Position numbers and translations under genes: made by a program | Shown: positions 1 through 10,318 of the stretch, in pieces | Numbering within the stretch: position 1 is the stretch's first letter | How the letters are laid out: the number at the start of each line of letters is the position of its first letter | Notes under the pieces: generated by a model | The model's input: the letters and a program-made list of their open reading frames with translations, nothing else | Told to the model about the DNA's origin: nothing | Database searches by the model: none | Assembly (NCBI GenBank): GCA_965248755.1 | Contig: OZ252149.1 | Coordinates: 3,488,001-3,552,000 of the forward strand | DNA: 64,000 bases | Reading direction: 5' to 3' | Source of the DNA: Candidatus Latescibacterota bacterium | Lineage (GTDB): Bacteria > Latescibacterota > CBDEFO01

Positions 1-454
1 GCTCCATCTGCAGAAGAAAGACAAAGTTGCGCACGATTCCATTTATCCTTTTTGACATCTTCTCGGACTTGTCGTGGGCTGTTACGGTGAAGACCCATCC
101 GTCTGCTCCCTCATCGGCACGGACAGTGATAATCTCCCCTGACTTGCGGTCTTCCAGCATCATCATCTCGCCTTCTGTCTGGACAGATGACTCTCTGTGT
201 CGGATGACCTGTGAAAAGATCATCTTTGCTGCCTTCTGGTGCCTGTGACCGCAGGAAAATGATATCTTATCGTTATCATCTCTTGACATGTCACCTGCTT
301 TGATCATTTCCTCTGTGATCTTTTGTATCCTTTCGGCCGATTCCTTTCTGTAGGTGTGTACGGTAAAGATGCTGTCTGGGCTTACGTAGAGGCTTATCGT
401 GGCGTTGCCGAACGTCTCGTCCTCTTTGGAATCTATGCGATCTCCTCTATCCAT
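1..454 (-). CDS. Hypothetical protein, runs off the left edge of the window
   Basis: ATG at 454 preceded by AGAAAGGA; open frame MDRGDRIDSKEDETFGNATISLYVSP... to position 1; not in the ORF track because it has no stop in the window. Confidence 0.65.
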   Translation of the reverse strand, partial: MDRGDRIDSKEDETFGNATISLYVSPDSIFTVHTYRKESAERIQKITEEMIKAGDMSRDDNDKISFSCGHRHQKAAKMIFSQVIRHRESSVQTEGEMMMLEDRKSGEIITVRADEGADGWVFTVTAHDKSEKMSKRINGIVRNFVFLLQME

Positions 455-514
455 GGATCTATCCTTTCTGAAACGTAAACAGCAATAGGTGAACGTGTTT
501 AGTCTACTGTCTGT

Positions 515-636
515 GAGATTGCTTTCGGATTTTGTCCCTCGCAGTAACTGAACAGAAGAGCATCAAATAGACTGTCATAGTGATCCCCGACCCCCAATAG
601 ATTCAATTGGGGGTCGGGGACAGCGAAGCAATCGTA
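515..636. repeat. REP-like GAGATTGC...CTCGCA / GTCAT...GCGAAGCAATC pair containing a nested CCCCGA palindrome
   Basis: gagattgctttcgg...cctcgcagtaac then gtcatagtga[TCCCCGACCCCCAAT-agattca-ATTGGGGGTCGGGGA]cagcgaagcaatc; the GCGAAGCAATC motif recurs at ~3630 and ~34363. Confidence 0.6.
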
Positions 637-689
637 ATGGAGGGGAGAGGTGCCCTGTCTGCATACTACTGTCTACTGTCACATTCTAC

Positions 690-2438
690 TTATCTTCCCA
701 TTGCGTATGCCATTTGATGGCGCGGCGACGCTGCTCCTGATATGACCCCGCTGTCGTTATCCAGCTTAACTGCCATCACGAGGCCGTTTTCCCAATGGTC
801 TGATACCTTCACAATATGCCCCATATCTGAAAGCGCGGAGCAGATATCCTCTCCTATCCGTCCCTCAACTGTCATGTGCCCCGGATGAGCATCGTGAGGA
901 TAGAAGGAGCTGGGGAAGTGATCGCTGTGAAAGTTAGGGGCGTCTATCGCCTCCTGAAGGTTCATACCGAAATCTACGAAATTGAGGAAAAACTGGAGTG
1001 TCCACTGATCCTGTTTATCCCCTCCCGGTGTTCCGAAGACCATGAAGGGTTTCTTGTCCTTTAAGACTAAAGATGGCGTCAGGGTAGTGCGCGGTCTTTT
1101 GCGCGGGACAAGCGCGTTGGCATGTTTTGAATCCAGATAGAACATCTGTGCTCTCGTTCCGAGGGGAAATCCTAAGCCCTGCACCACAGGCGACGAGGGT
1201 ATCCAGCCGCCGCTTGGAGTAGCGGCCATCATATTTCCCTCTTTGTCGATCACATCCAGATGCGTCGTATCGTTTATATGAACAGACGTGCTTAGATCGG
1301 ACTCAACGGAGGCAATCGGAACAGTCGGTGGAGCATCGCCAGGGCGAAGTTCGACGGAGGCCTTCCTGGGGTCGATTAAGTTTCTGCGTTCTTCAGCATA
1401 GTCTTTGGACAGGAGCATGTCCAGGGGCACAGATACGAAGTCCGGGTCGCCGTAGTATTTCTCCCTATCTGCAAAGGCGAGTTTGGAGGCTTCGATAACG
1501 GTGTGTATATGCTGGGGAGAGCTGTGTCCCGTATGCGCCAAGTCGTATCCTTCCAGAAGATTCAACTGCTGAAGGAAGACGGGCCCTTGACTCCATGTGT
1601 TGCACTTATAGACCTGATAGCCGCGGTAATTGGTGGAGACGGGTTCTTCGACCTTTGTGCGATAGCTGCAAAAGTCATCCATCGTCAAAAGACCTGTATG
1701 CGGTTCTCCGCTGACGTCTTTAACTGGGGTCTTACCTGAAAACTCCACTATTTTTTCGGCTATCTCTCCCTTATAGTAGAAATCTATAGCTTCCTGTATG
1801 GCCTTGGCGCGACCTGCAGCCGACGCTTTTGTCTCTGCATCCACCACCTTCTTGAACGTATTTGCCCAGTCGGTATTCTTGATCTTCTCGCCCACCTCAG
1901 GTATCCTTCCGTTTGGAAGATATATCTTTGCAGTTGTGGGCCATTCCTCGATGAACCTTGGCGCCATCCACTCCATTTCCTCCCTGAACTTGGGAAACAT
2001 GGTGAAGCCCTCCTGGCTCATCTCTATCGCCGGCTCCAGAACGTCTTTGAGCCTCATTGTCCCGAATCGCATCAAAGCTGTTGCCCACGACCCGAAGGCA
2101 GCGGGCACTGTGGCGGGCAAAAAACCGTCTGGGGGTATTATATCTATCTTGTTGGCCTTAAACCACTCTATGGTTGCGGATTTCGGGGCACATCCCTGTC
2201 CGTTGATAGCAAATGGTCTTCCTTCCGAAGCCGAATATAAAAGTATAGGGACCTCCCCGCCTATACCGTTTGATCTGGGTTCAACAACACTTTCGACAAA
2301 CCCTGCGGCCACTCCAGCGTCTATCGCGTTACCACCACTTTCTAATATCCTGAATCCCGCCGCGGCCGCCAGGTAGTGGCCGGCGGTTACCACCCCGTTT
2401 GTTCCCATGATTACCGGACGTGTAGTAAAAATTGCCAT
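690..2438 (-). CDS. ggt: Gamma-glutamyltransferase family (Ntn-hydrolase, YwrD/oxamate amidohydrolase-like), cytoplasmic
   Basis: GGNAIDA, KLAFADREKYYGDP, DTTH nucleophile, PRKRPRTTLTP and FGTPGGD motifs; no signal peptide. Confidence 0.92.
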   Translation of the reverse strand: MAIFTTRPVIMGTNGVVTAGHYLAAAAGFRILESGGNAIDAGVAAGFVESVVEPRSNGIGGEVPILLYSASEGRPFAINGQGCAPKSATIEWFKANKIDIIPPDGFLPATVPAAFGSWATALMRFGTMRLKDVLEPAIEMSQEGFTMFPKFREEMEWMAPRFIEEWPTTAKIYLPNGRIPEVGEKIKNTDWANTFKKVVDAETKASAAGRAKAIQEAIDFYYKGEIAEKIVEFSGKTPVKDVSGEPHTGLLTMDDFCSYRTKVEEPVSTNYRGYQVYKCNTWSQGPVFLQQLNLLEGYDLAHTGHSSPQHIHTVIEASKLAFADREKYYGDPDFVSVPLDMLLSKDYAEERRNLIDPRKASVELRPGDAPPTVPIASVESDLSTSVHINDTTHLDVIDKEGNMMAATPSGGWIPSSPVVQGLGFPLGTRAQMFYLDSKHANALVPRKRPRTTLTPSLVLKDKKPFMVFGTPGGDKQDQWTLQFFLNFVDFGMNLQEAIDAPNFHSDHFPSSFYPHDAHPGHMTVEGRIGEDICSALSDMGHIVKVSDHWENGLVMAVKLDNDSGVISGAASPRHQMAYAMGR

Positions 2439-2644
2439 AGTGTCCTCTCGATCGTAGGGTTATTCAGTTCTTATCAAACGTAATTGCCCAGATATCTCAG
2501 GTTGTCTTAACACGTCGCTTCGCTCCTAACTCGACAGCTACCTCCAAGAAAACTGAATATCCCTGCCGATACACCCCTTCGGAAATGCCCTATATTCCTT
2601 AATACGCCCTATCATTCCTGATGCCGGATTCTGCGTGATGTGTG

Positions 2645-3400
2645 CTACAGTGACGGCGACCAAGAAGGCTCAAAGTCAAACACCGGGCTGTTGGTGAGCC
2701 GTGTCTGGTTTGACCCATCGGCGTTCATCACATAGATTTCGTCGTTGCCATCGCGGGATGACGTAAAGGCGATCCTTGTTCCATCCGGCGACCAAGAAGG
2801 GAAAAAACCGTGATTCGCTGGGTTGTCAGTCAGCCTTATTGGGTTTGTGCCATCAGCGTTCATCACATAGATTTTCAAGTTGCCAACGTGTTCTGAAGCA
2901 AAGGCGATCTTTGTTCCGTCAGGCGACCAAATAGGAACCCAGTCATCCTCCGTGTTGTTGGTCAGATTGACAGGATTTGACCCGTCGGAGTTCATCACGT
3001 AGATCTCCCGCTTCCCATCGCGCGCTGACATAAAAATAATCTTCGACCCGTCGGGAGACCAAGAAGGCTTCCAGTCATCCGCCGGGTTGTTGGTCAGACG
3101 TGTCTGGTTGGAACCGTCAGCGTTCATAACATAGATTTCCAAGTTTCCATCGCGCTCTGACACAAAAGCGACTTTTGTCCCTGAGACACCGGGTTGCGTT
3201 GGGTCTGTGCCACTGTCCCCACCACAGCTTGAAATCAACAGGAGAAACGTGCAGCTCAACAGAGTCATAAAACGAAAGGTCAATCGTATTTTGATAGTGA
3301 TATCCCTCCCTTTTGATCCGGAGTTTCCGAAAACTGAATAGCCCCACCCGATCGCTCCCTTCCATTTTTTGACCCATTTTTTGACAATGTATGATAACAT
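2645..3400 (-). CDS. TolB-like PD40 beta-propeller lipoprotein (true start probably ~3268-3295)
   Basis: Four repeats of [22 protein letters not shown]....D..PSWSPDG; lipobox-like LLLISSC. Confidence 0.85.
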   Translation of the reverse strand: MLSYIVKKWVKKWKGAIGWGYSVFGNSGSKGRDITIKIRLTFRFMTLLSCTFLLLISSCGGDSGTDPTQPGVSGTKVAFVSERDGNLEIYVMNADGSNQTRLTNNPADDWKPSWSPDGSKIIFMSARDGKREIYVMNSDGSNPVNLTNNTEDDWVPIWSPDGTKIAFASEHVGNLKIYVMNADGTNPIRLTDNPANHGFFPSWSPDGTRIAFTSSRDGNDEIYVMNADGSNQTRLTNSPVFDFEPSWSPSL

Positions 3401-3547
3401 TCCGAACGTCCTAAGTCAAGATAAAAAAGAGTACAGGATACACATAAGAACCTTTCCCTTTGCGTTCCGCGTTATAATGTTGACAGGTGCGAATGGATCC
3501 GTTTCACGTATCCTCCGGGGGAACAACTCCTGACGGGTCGGGTTTGG

Positions 3548-3642
3548 CACCTCGCAATGGCCTTGTAGGTTTTTTGCCTCCGTTCATTGCGAGCCCCCGA
3601 TTGAATCTATCGGGAGAGCCCAGATCGCAGCGAAGCAATCTC
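3548..3642. repeat. REP-like doublet (CTCGCAATG...CATTGCGAG...GCGAAGCAATCTC) interrupted by a CCCCGA hairpin with a GAGCC duplication
   Basis: GAGCC(3591-95) cccgattgaatctatcggga GAGCC(3616-20). Confidence 0.6.
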
Positions 3643-3667
3643 GTATGTGGGGCTTTGGCTTTTCTGC

Positions 3668-3696
3668 TTGACAAATATGTGACTATATGTTATTTT
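3668..3696 (+). promoter_or_regulatory. Sigma70-type promoter for the epimerase/GT2 pair
   Basis: TTGACA-17 nt-TATTTT. Confidence 0.55.
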
Positions 3697-3786
3697 ACGA
3701 GTCGTCCTAATTCTGTGGATCTTTCGCCCATGCAACCGTTGCAATTTCTGTCTACAGTAAGAGGATAGAGAGGAATACCGAGCAGA

Positions 3787-4767
3787 ATGAAAATATTGGT
3801 AACTGGAGGAGCCGGATTTATCGGTTCGCACGTTGCGGACAGCTACATCGAAGCTGGGCATGAGGTGGTTGTAGTTGACGATCTTTCCACGGGAAAAAAG
3901 GAGAACCTCAACCCGAAAGTTAGATTCTACGACATAGATATTTCCGACGACAAATTAGGAGTAATTCTATCTGAGGAGAGGCCCGATTGCGTAAATCACC
4001 ACGCGGCTCGGGCGAGTGTCTCTGATTCTGTTAAAGATCCGATTTCAGATGCAAAGGTGAACATTATAGGCTTTATAAATCTCCTTGAAGCATCCGTACG
4101 AGCTGGAGTAAAGGAGATCATCTTCGCCTCTTCAGGAGGATGTGTCTACGGAGAGGCTGCTGAAATTCCTATAAAGGAGGACTCTCCGTTTTTAGCTCCT
4201 GCCTCTCCTTATGCGGCATCCAAGATAGCTGGAGAATTCTATCTTGGATACTATAACAAGCACTATGGACTCGGCTACACGATCTTAAGATACTCGAACG
4301 TCTACGGTCCGCGTCAGGACCCTTATGGAGAGGCCTCTGTGGTGGCTATCTTTTGTATGGCTATGACAAGCGGGGAATCGCCTGCCGTAAATGGGGCAAA
4401 ATACACAGGGGATGAGGGCTGTATAAGGGACTTTGTATATGTAAAGGATGTAGCCAAAGCCAATCTGCTGGTTCTGGGGAACGGCGGCAAAGGCGCATTT
4501 AATATAGGAATAGATAATGGGATAACCATACAGGATCTCTGGTTCAAGATAGCAGATATTACCGACTTTGAGGGCAAGATAAACTACGGTCCTCCAAGAC
4601 AGGGAGATCTTCTTAAGAATGTGGTTTCGTATAATAGGGCGAAGTCCCTTCTGGGCTGGCAACCTTCTGTGACCGTAGAGGAAGGCTTGAAGGAGACGGT
4701 GGAATATTTCAGATCACTCAAGGGTTCCTCTGGCTATGGGGATTCAAAGCTATCCTGTGTTGGATAA
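3787..4767 (+). CDS. NAD-dependent epimerase/dehydratase (UDP-glucose 4-epimerase-like, extended SDR)
   Basis: TGGAGFIG, SSGG, YAASK, RYSNVYGPRQ, RDFVYV. Confidence 0.92.
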   Translation: MKILVTGGAGFIGSHVADSYIEAGHEVVVVDDLSTGKKENLNPKVRFYDIDISDDKLGVILSEERPDCVNHHAARASVSDSVKDPISDAKVNIIGFINLLEASVRAGVKEIIFASSGGCVYGEAAEIPIKEDSPFLAPASPYAASKIAGEFYLGYYNKHYGLGYTILRYSNVYGPRQDPYGEASVVAIFCMAMTSGESPAVNGAKYTGDEGCIRDFVYVKDVAKANLLVLGNGGKGAFNIGIDNGITIQDLWFKIADITDFEGKINYGPPRQGDLLKNVVSYNRAKSLLGWQPSVTVEEGLKETVEYFRSLKGSSGYGDSKLSCVG

Positions 4768-4800
4768 CTCGACATCTCGGTTAAAATGTTTTAACTCCCC

Positions 4801-5547
4801 GTGAATAAGCAACTTGTGTTGGAGGATATTCATCTATCGGTAGTAGTCCCTGCCTTCAATGAGGAAAAGAGGATCGGTTCGACTCTACCTGCTATCTTTG
4901 AGTATCTGGACAAAACCGCTTACAGATATGAGTTGATCGTTGTCGATGACGGGAGCAAAGACAGGACTAAAGATGTAGTCCGGTCACTGATTGACGGGGT
5001 GGAAGGCGCCAGGCTCATAAGCTATTTTCCCAACAGGGGCAAAGGATATGCTGTCAGGTGCGGCATATTGGGATCAAAAGGCAAGAATATCCTCTTTACC
5101 GATGCAGATCTGTCTACTCCGATCCAAGAGGTGGAAAAGTTCTTCCCGCTTCTGGATAAAGGTTACGATATTGTCATAGCTTCAAAGCGCCTTGTCGACT
5201 CGAAGGTAGAGGTCTTCCAGCCCTTCTACAGGCGAGAATCCGCAAAGATCTTCAACTTTATCCGGTATGCGATCCTCGGGGTAGATTACGCAGATACTCA
5301 GTGTGGTTTCAAGCTCTTCAAGGGTCGAGTCGCAAGAGACCTGTTCGGACGCCTGACAATAGAGCGCTACATGTTCGATTCGGAGACGCTATATTTAGCT
5401 GAAAAACTCGGATACAGGGTAAAGGAGATGCCTGTGCGGTGGAGAGATGTCCCGGGGAGTACGCTTAACATAACTAGAGAGGGCACTCATATGCTCCGAG
5501 ACCTTGTGAGGATAAGGATAAATCACCGCAAGTTACAGCAGAACTGA
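4801..5547 (+). CDS. Glycosyltransferase family 2, dolichyl-phosphate beta-glucosyltransferase-like
   Basis: VVPAFNE, VDDGSKD, NRGKGYAV, FTDADL, DTQCGFK. Confidence 0.9.
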   Translation: MNKQLVLEDIHLSVVVPAFNEEKRIGSTLPAIFEYLDKTAYRYELIVVDDGSKDRTKDVVRSLIDGVEGARLISYFPNRGKGYAVRCGILGSKGKNILFTDADLSTPIQEVEKFFPLLDKGYDIVIASKRLVDSKVEVFQPFYRRESAKIFNFIRYAILGVDYADTQCGFKLFKGRVARDLFGRLTIERYMFDSETLYLAEKLGYRVKEMPVRWRDVPGSTLNITREGTHMLRDLVRIRINHRKLQQN

Positions 5548-6486
5548 AATTCCGCTACAAAAGAAGTCAGGAGAAGAATTTGGGTGATCATATTAACATT
5601 GGTCCGATAGGCTTGAAACATGGGGCGCCCAATTTAGGCAGGATAAAGACACGATCTGCATGGTAAGCCATGTATTCAAATACAAATCCGCTGTCGTTTT
5701 GGATTTCCAATAGGGACCCGAGGAGAAATCTCTTGCTTAAAAGTCTCCGTTCTCTTATATTTAGTTAAGAATATGTTTTTTGTTTAAGTAACATAAGCGA
5801 CAACTTTAATCATAGCGTCAAAGATCCGATATAATGTAGACAGGTTTGTTATCGTGTCTTTTGCTTAGAGCATGTGCGTCTTTTGAGAACAATTAGAGGA
5901 ATTCACCGGACCGAAAAGTCGAGATTACGGGTCATCATATCAATGTTGAGGAACTGGGGAGTACTTTCTTCCCAACACAGGATAAGACCCTTCAAGTAGG
6001 CTAATTGAAGTCTGTATAGGAATCGCCAGTCATTTGAGCGCCCGTAGGTTGCACAGATGACGCGGCAGGAAGGATATGTAGGAAACTCCTTGTCCCTTTT
6101 TCTTGCGTCCCTTTGTAGGTTCCCGGATATACAGAACATTCCGACTGAGGTACCCCGAAGTTTCGGGGAACCCCAAAGGCGGTGTGGGCACTTCGCGCGT
6201 CGGTGCCAACCTTTTTTCAGGGGGGCGCTAAGTGATAGCGGATTTGTCGACAGCCCACGGAGCGGCGCAGTGGGCGAAGAACTTTCGTAGGACAAAGGGT
6301 GTGAGATTGTCATTTACCCTCCTAATTTGAATCTCCCCTTTAAAGGCTCGATATCTTCCCGGTTTTCCTCTTTGCACAAGACAGCCCTTCGCAAAAGATA
6401 ATTGCTGCAGCTTATCAGATTATGAAATCGGTTTGTACATATGCCAGGACTTCAAAGGTGTATGGGAATAACCGCAAGGAGCTTAT

Positions 6487-6528
6487 CGATAAAGGGCTGT
6501 GTGACAGGCGCAGCCCTTTATCGTTTTT
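6487..6528 (+). terminator. Strong hairpin plus U-tract just upstream of the rng/rne start (terminator or attenuator)
   Basis: CGATAAAGGGCTG...CAGCCCTTTATCG 13-bp stem followed by TTTT. Confidence 0.6.
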
Positions 6529-6547
6529 ACTTTGGGAGAGATAAGAA

Positions 6548-8083
6548 TTGCGTACAGAGATGATTATCAACGTGGCTATTCACGAAACCAGAATAGCTAT
6601 TATAGAAGATGGGCGACTCGTTGAGATATTAGTGGAGCGCCCCGAAAATGAGAGGATGGTAGGAGACATTTACAAAGGCATAGTGAAAGCTGTCCTTCCT
6701 GGGATGCAAGCTTCCTTTGTAGATATAGGTACCGAGAAAAGCGCCTTCTTGCACGTTTCCGACGTAGCTGAGTCGTATGAAGAGTACGACTTCGACAACG
6801 GGGATAACAACAAAAAAGACGATTCTCGTTCAAAAAGACAGAAATTTGTTCCGATCCAAGAGATGCTCCAAACGGGTCAGGAGATTCTGGTCCAGATCAC
6901 CAAGGAACCTATAGGCACCAAAGGACCCAGGATAACATCTGAGATTTCCCTGCCGGGAAGGTTCACAGTCCTCGTCCCCGGGGGGGACCACATCGGCATA
7001 TCCCGAAAAATCGTCAACTGGAGCGAAAAGAGGAAGCTCAAAGAGATCATCGGGAGGCTCCAACCCGAAGGGTGCGGCTTAATTATAAGGACAGTCGGAA
7101 AGGGAAAGGGCGAAGGGGAGTTCAAATCAGATATAAGGACCCTCTTTAAGATCTGGACCAAAATCGAAAAGAGGGCACACAGGACAAAAGCCCCAGCCAT
7201 TATACACAAGGAAATGGGAATGACCTCCAGCATCATCAGGGATCTCTTCACAGATGATGTGGACCGTGTAGTAACCGACTCTAAGAGAGAATACAAACAG
7301 ATCTTATCCTACCTTAAGTCCGTTGCCCCGCATCTCAGGAGCAGAGTCGAACTTTACGCCGACAGAAAACCCATCTTCGACGCTTTCCAGATCGAGGATG
7401 AAATAGAAAAGGCCTCCAACCGCAAAGTCTGGCTCAAGGGCGGCGGTTTCATAGTGATAGACCACACAGAGGCCCTTGTAACTGTGGACGTAAACTCCGG
7501 AAGATATGTAGGCAGGACCAACCAGGTGGAGACCATCATGAAGACCAACCTGGAAGCTGCAATGGAGATAGCACGTCAACTTAGGCTAAGAGACATAGGA
7601 GGCATCATAGTTATAGACTTCATAGACGTGGCATCTTTCAAGGACCGGAAGAGAGTCCAGGATGAGATTAGTGCAGCCCTGAGAAAAGATCGCTCCAAGA
7701 CCGATGTATCGACTATGAGCGAGTTTGGGATCGTCCAGATGACCAGACAGCGAGTAAGACCCAGCCTCCTTCATACCTTCAGCGAGCCGTGTCCACTGTG
7801 TAACGGACTCGGGAGAGTCCAGGGCAGAGATACGACTGTTACAAAGATCGAAAGATGGCTTAAACGCTCAAGGGTAACTATGAAGGAGTGCAAACTACAG
7901 CTTAGAGTCCATCCAACCGTCGGAGAATACCTGACAGAAAACAAAAAGGGAAGATTGAAACTTTTGGAAAAAGTCGCAAAAGTGAGGTTAGAACTCCAAG
8001 AAGACCCTGAGCTTCCCATAGAAGAATATAGGGTCTTTTCCCTCAGACAAGGAAACGATATAACCCATGAATTCAAAGCATAA
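6548..8083 (+). CDS. rng: Rne/Rng family ribonuclease (RNase G-size, no long C-terminal scaffold)
   Basis: S1 domain GDIYKG...FVDIG, KEPIGTKGPR, DVNSG, LRDIGGIIVIDFID, CPLC Zn-link. Confidence 0.93.
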   Translation: MRTEMIINVAIHETRIAIIEDGRLVEILVERPENERMVGDIYKGIVKAVLPGMQASFVDIGTEKSAFLHVSDVAESYEEYDFDNGDNNKKDDSRSKRQKFVPIQEMLQTGQEILVQITKEPIGTKGPRITSEISLPGRFTVLVPGGDHIGISRKIVNWSEKRKLKEIIGRLQPEGCGLIIRTVGKGKGEGEFKSDIRTLFKIWTKIEKRAHRTKAPAIIHKEMGMTSSIIRDLFTDDVDRVVTDSKREYKQILSYLKSVAPHLRSRVELYADRKPIFDAFQIEDEIEKASNRKVWLKGGGFIVIDHTEALVTVDVNSGRYVGRTNQVETIMKTNLEAAMEIARQLRLRDIGGIIVIDFIDVASFKDRKRVQDEISAALRKDRSKTDVSTMSEFGIVQMTRQRVRPSLLHTFSEPCPLCNGLGRVQGRDTTVTKIERWLKRSRVTMKECKLQLRVHPTVGEYLTENKKGRLKLLEKVAKVRLELQEDPELPIEEYRVFSLRQGNDITHEFKA

Positions 8084-8109
8084 AGCTGCTCGTAGAGCAT
8101 CGAAATGCC

Positions 8110-8138
8110 TTGACAGAGCCAGTATAATTGCGTATCTT
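8110..8138 (+). promoter_or_regulatory. Sigma70-type promoter of rplU-rpmA-mdh
   Basis: TTGACA-17 nt-TATCTT. Confidence 0.6.
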
Positions 8139-8191
8139 TTTAATACCATAGGGTTCTTGTTATATAACGATTAAAGGCTGGAGGCTAATGT

Positions 8192-8548
8192 ATGTATGCA
8201 GTTGTGGAGGTAGCGGGAAATCAGATCAAAGTAGAAAAGGGAGAAAAGTTCAAAACCCCCAAGCTTGGAATCGATGAGGGAGAATCCTTCGAGATAAAGG
8301 ATGTTCTTCTTTTATGTACTGACGATGAAGTTAAAATTGGAGAACCCCTCCTGGATGGGGTTAAGGTCAAAGCTACCGTCCTTGCCCACGCTAAAGCCGA
8401 CAAAATAATCGTCTTCAAGATGAAAAGAAGAAAAGGCTACAGGAGAAAAAACGGACACAGACAGGAATTCACAGAGATCGTAATTGATGACATTGAATTA
8501 GCAGACAGCAAGCAGACAAAGGCAAAGGCTGAGCCGCAAGTGACTTAG
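8192..8548 (+). CDS. rplU: 50S ribosomal protein L21
   Basis: MYAVVE.AG.Q.KV, FKMKRRKGYRRKNGHRQ. Confidence 0.97.
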   Translation: MYAVVEVAGNQIKVEKGEKFKTPKLGIDEGESFEIKDVLLLCTDDEVKIGEPLLDGVKVKATVLAHAKADKIIVFKMKRRKGYRRKNGHRQEFTEIVIDDIELADSKQTKAKAEPQVT

Positions 8549-8590
8549 CCTCGGCCTTGGCCTGTCTACTTGTTTAGGAGGATAGACTAA

Positions 8591-8842
8591 ATGGCTCATA
8601 AGAAGGGCGTAGGAAGTTCCAAAAATGGCAGGGACAGCAAAGGTCAAAGATTAGGGGTCAAGAGATATGACGGACAGACTGTTACGTCCGGAACTATCCT
8701 GGTAAGACAGAAGGGGACCAAGTGCCATCCCGGAAATAACGTAGGCCTGGGTAGAGACTACACACTCTTTGCCTTGATAGATGGGAAGGTTAGCTACGAG
8801 CGAATGGGAAAAAGCAAGAAGAAAGTAAGCGTTTACGCTTGA
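8591..8842 (+). CDS. rpmA: 50S ribosomal protein L27
   Basis: [22 protein letters not shown]. Confidence 0.98.
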   Translation: MAHKKGVGSSKNGRDSKGQRLGVKRYDGQTVTSGTILVRQKGTKCHPGNNVGLGRDYTLFALIDGKVSYERMGKSKKKVSVYA

Positions 8843-8861
8843 AGACCGGGAGGAATCTACA

Positions 8862-9785
8862 GTGAAGATCAGTGTTATAGGCGCAGGACAGGTGGGTGCC
8901 TCTACAGCCCAGTGGATAGCCCAAAAAGAGCTTTCAGATGAAGTGATCCTGTTCGACGTGATCGAAGGTATGCCGATAGGAAAGGCATTGGACCTGGCTC
9001 AGTCATCCCCTGTCGAGGGATTCGATGTAAAGATAGTCGGCACGAACAGTTACGACGATATCAAAGGGTCGGACATGGTTGTAATCACGGCCGGCTTACC
9101 GAGAAAACCCGGCATGAGCAGAGATGACCTTCTGACTATGAACGCGGATATTGTTGAGTCGGTGAGCCAGGAAATAGCCAAGAACGCTCCCGATTCTATA
9201 GTTATCGTGGTGAGCAATCCCCTGGACGTGATGACTTATGTTGCCCTCAAAGTCACAGGATTCGAGCCGAGAAAGGTTATGGGACAGTCGGGCATTCTGG
9301 ACACTGCGCGCTTTAGTTTGTTTATAGCCGAAGAGTTGGACGTCTCTGTGAAGGATGTGACCGCCTGTGTGTTGGGGGGGCACGGAGATTCTATGGTTCC
9401 TCTGCCGAGGTACTCAACTGTCGCAGGAATACCCCTCCCCGAGTTGATGTCTCAACCTACGATAGACAGGCTGGTCCAGAGGACGAGAGATGGCGGTGCC
9501 GAGATAGTAAACTATCTCAAGACAGGAAGCGCATACTACGCCCCGTCTTCGGCCATAGTTCAGATGGTCGAATCTATTGTAAAGAATAAGAAGCGCATAT
9601 TGCCCTGCGCCGCCTGGCTGACGGGAGAATATGGACTGAATGATGTCTATGTAGGCGTTCCTGTGAAGTTGGACAAAAATGGCGTCGAAGAGATTATTGA
9701 AATTGAGCTGACTCAAGAGGAGAAGGAAGCGCTCCACAAGTCGGCTGAAGCAGTGAAGACTAACATGGACAAGCTGGACTTATAA
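8862..9785 (+). CDS. mdh: Malate dehydrogenase (LDH-like)
   Basis: [43 protein letters not shown]. Confidence 0.96.
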   Translation: MKISVIGAGQVGASTAQWIAQKELSDEVILFDVIEGMPIGKALDLAQSSPVEGFDVKIVGTNSYDDIKGSDMVVITAGLPRKPGMSRDDLLTMNADIVESVSQEIAKNAPDSIVIVVSNPLDVMTYVALKVTGFEPRKVMGQSGILDTARFSLFIAEELDVSVKDVTACVLGGHGDSMVPLPRYSTVAGIPLPELMSQPTIDRLVQRTRDGGAEIVNYLKTGSAYYAPSSAIVQMVESIVKNKKRILPCAAWLTGEYGLNDVYVGVPVKLDKNGVEEIIEIELTQEEKEALHKSAEAVKTNMDKLDL

Positions 9786-9843
9786 GTAAGTAGACAGTAG
9801 TAGGGCAGGAGCAGGGATGCCCTGTTTGCTGTCTAGCTGTTTG

Positions 9844-9882
9844 AGTGCCTCACATTGTGCTGGACTATGTGAGGCACTTTTT
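9844..9882 (+). terminator. Rho-independent terminator after mdh
   Basis: AGTGCCTCACAT...ATGTGAGGCACT stem followed by TTTT. Confidence 0.75.
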
Positions 9883-9952
9883 GTCTTTTGAAATTGATTC
9901 CAGAGTCGGCGACCCGCACGGAGTCAGCGCCTGATTTGAAAGGAGGAGGGAT

Positions 9953-10300
9953 ATGTACAGGGGAGGGGAAGGAATGTGGTCGTGGATACTTCATCGCATA
10001 TCGGGGCTTGGGATTCTACTCTTTCTGCTGATCCATATTTGAGATACGATGCCAATAGCATGGGGGCCTGAGGTCTACAACAGGTTCGTTGCCCTTTATA
10101 CGAAGCCGGTGTTCCGTGTGGGCGAAGTTTTGCTTGCGGGAGCCGTGCTCTACCATGCCTTAAACGGCACCCACATTATAATCATAGACTTCTGGACAGA
10201 ATCTACCAAGTTTCAAAGACAGATGTTCTACGCGGTTGCAGGGATCTTTGTCATCATCTTTGTTCCTGCGGCTATCGTTATGCTTATGCCGATCCTGTAA
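9953..10300 (+). pseudogene. sdhC: Succinate dehydrogenase cytochrome b556 subunit with an in-frame TGA at 10040-10042
   Basis: Strong RBS; MYRGGEGMWSWILHRISGLGILLFLLIHI*DT...YHALNGTHIIIIDFW. Confidence 0.85.
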
Positions 10301-10318
10301 GATAAGGAGACGTCCGAG

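Noticed and set aside
5903..6313. ORFs 5903..6313 (-) and 6057..6290 (+); RNase P RNA or a known riboswitch
   Set aside because: The ORFs have no RBS or protein-like motifs and overlap hairpins; the RNase P signature GAGGAAAGUCC and recognisable aptamer cores were not seen
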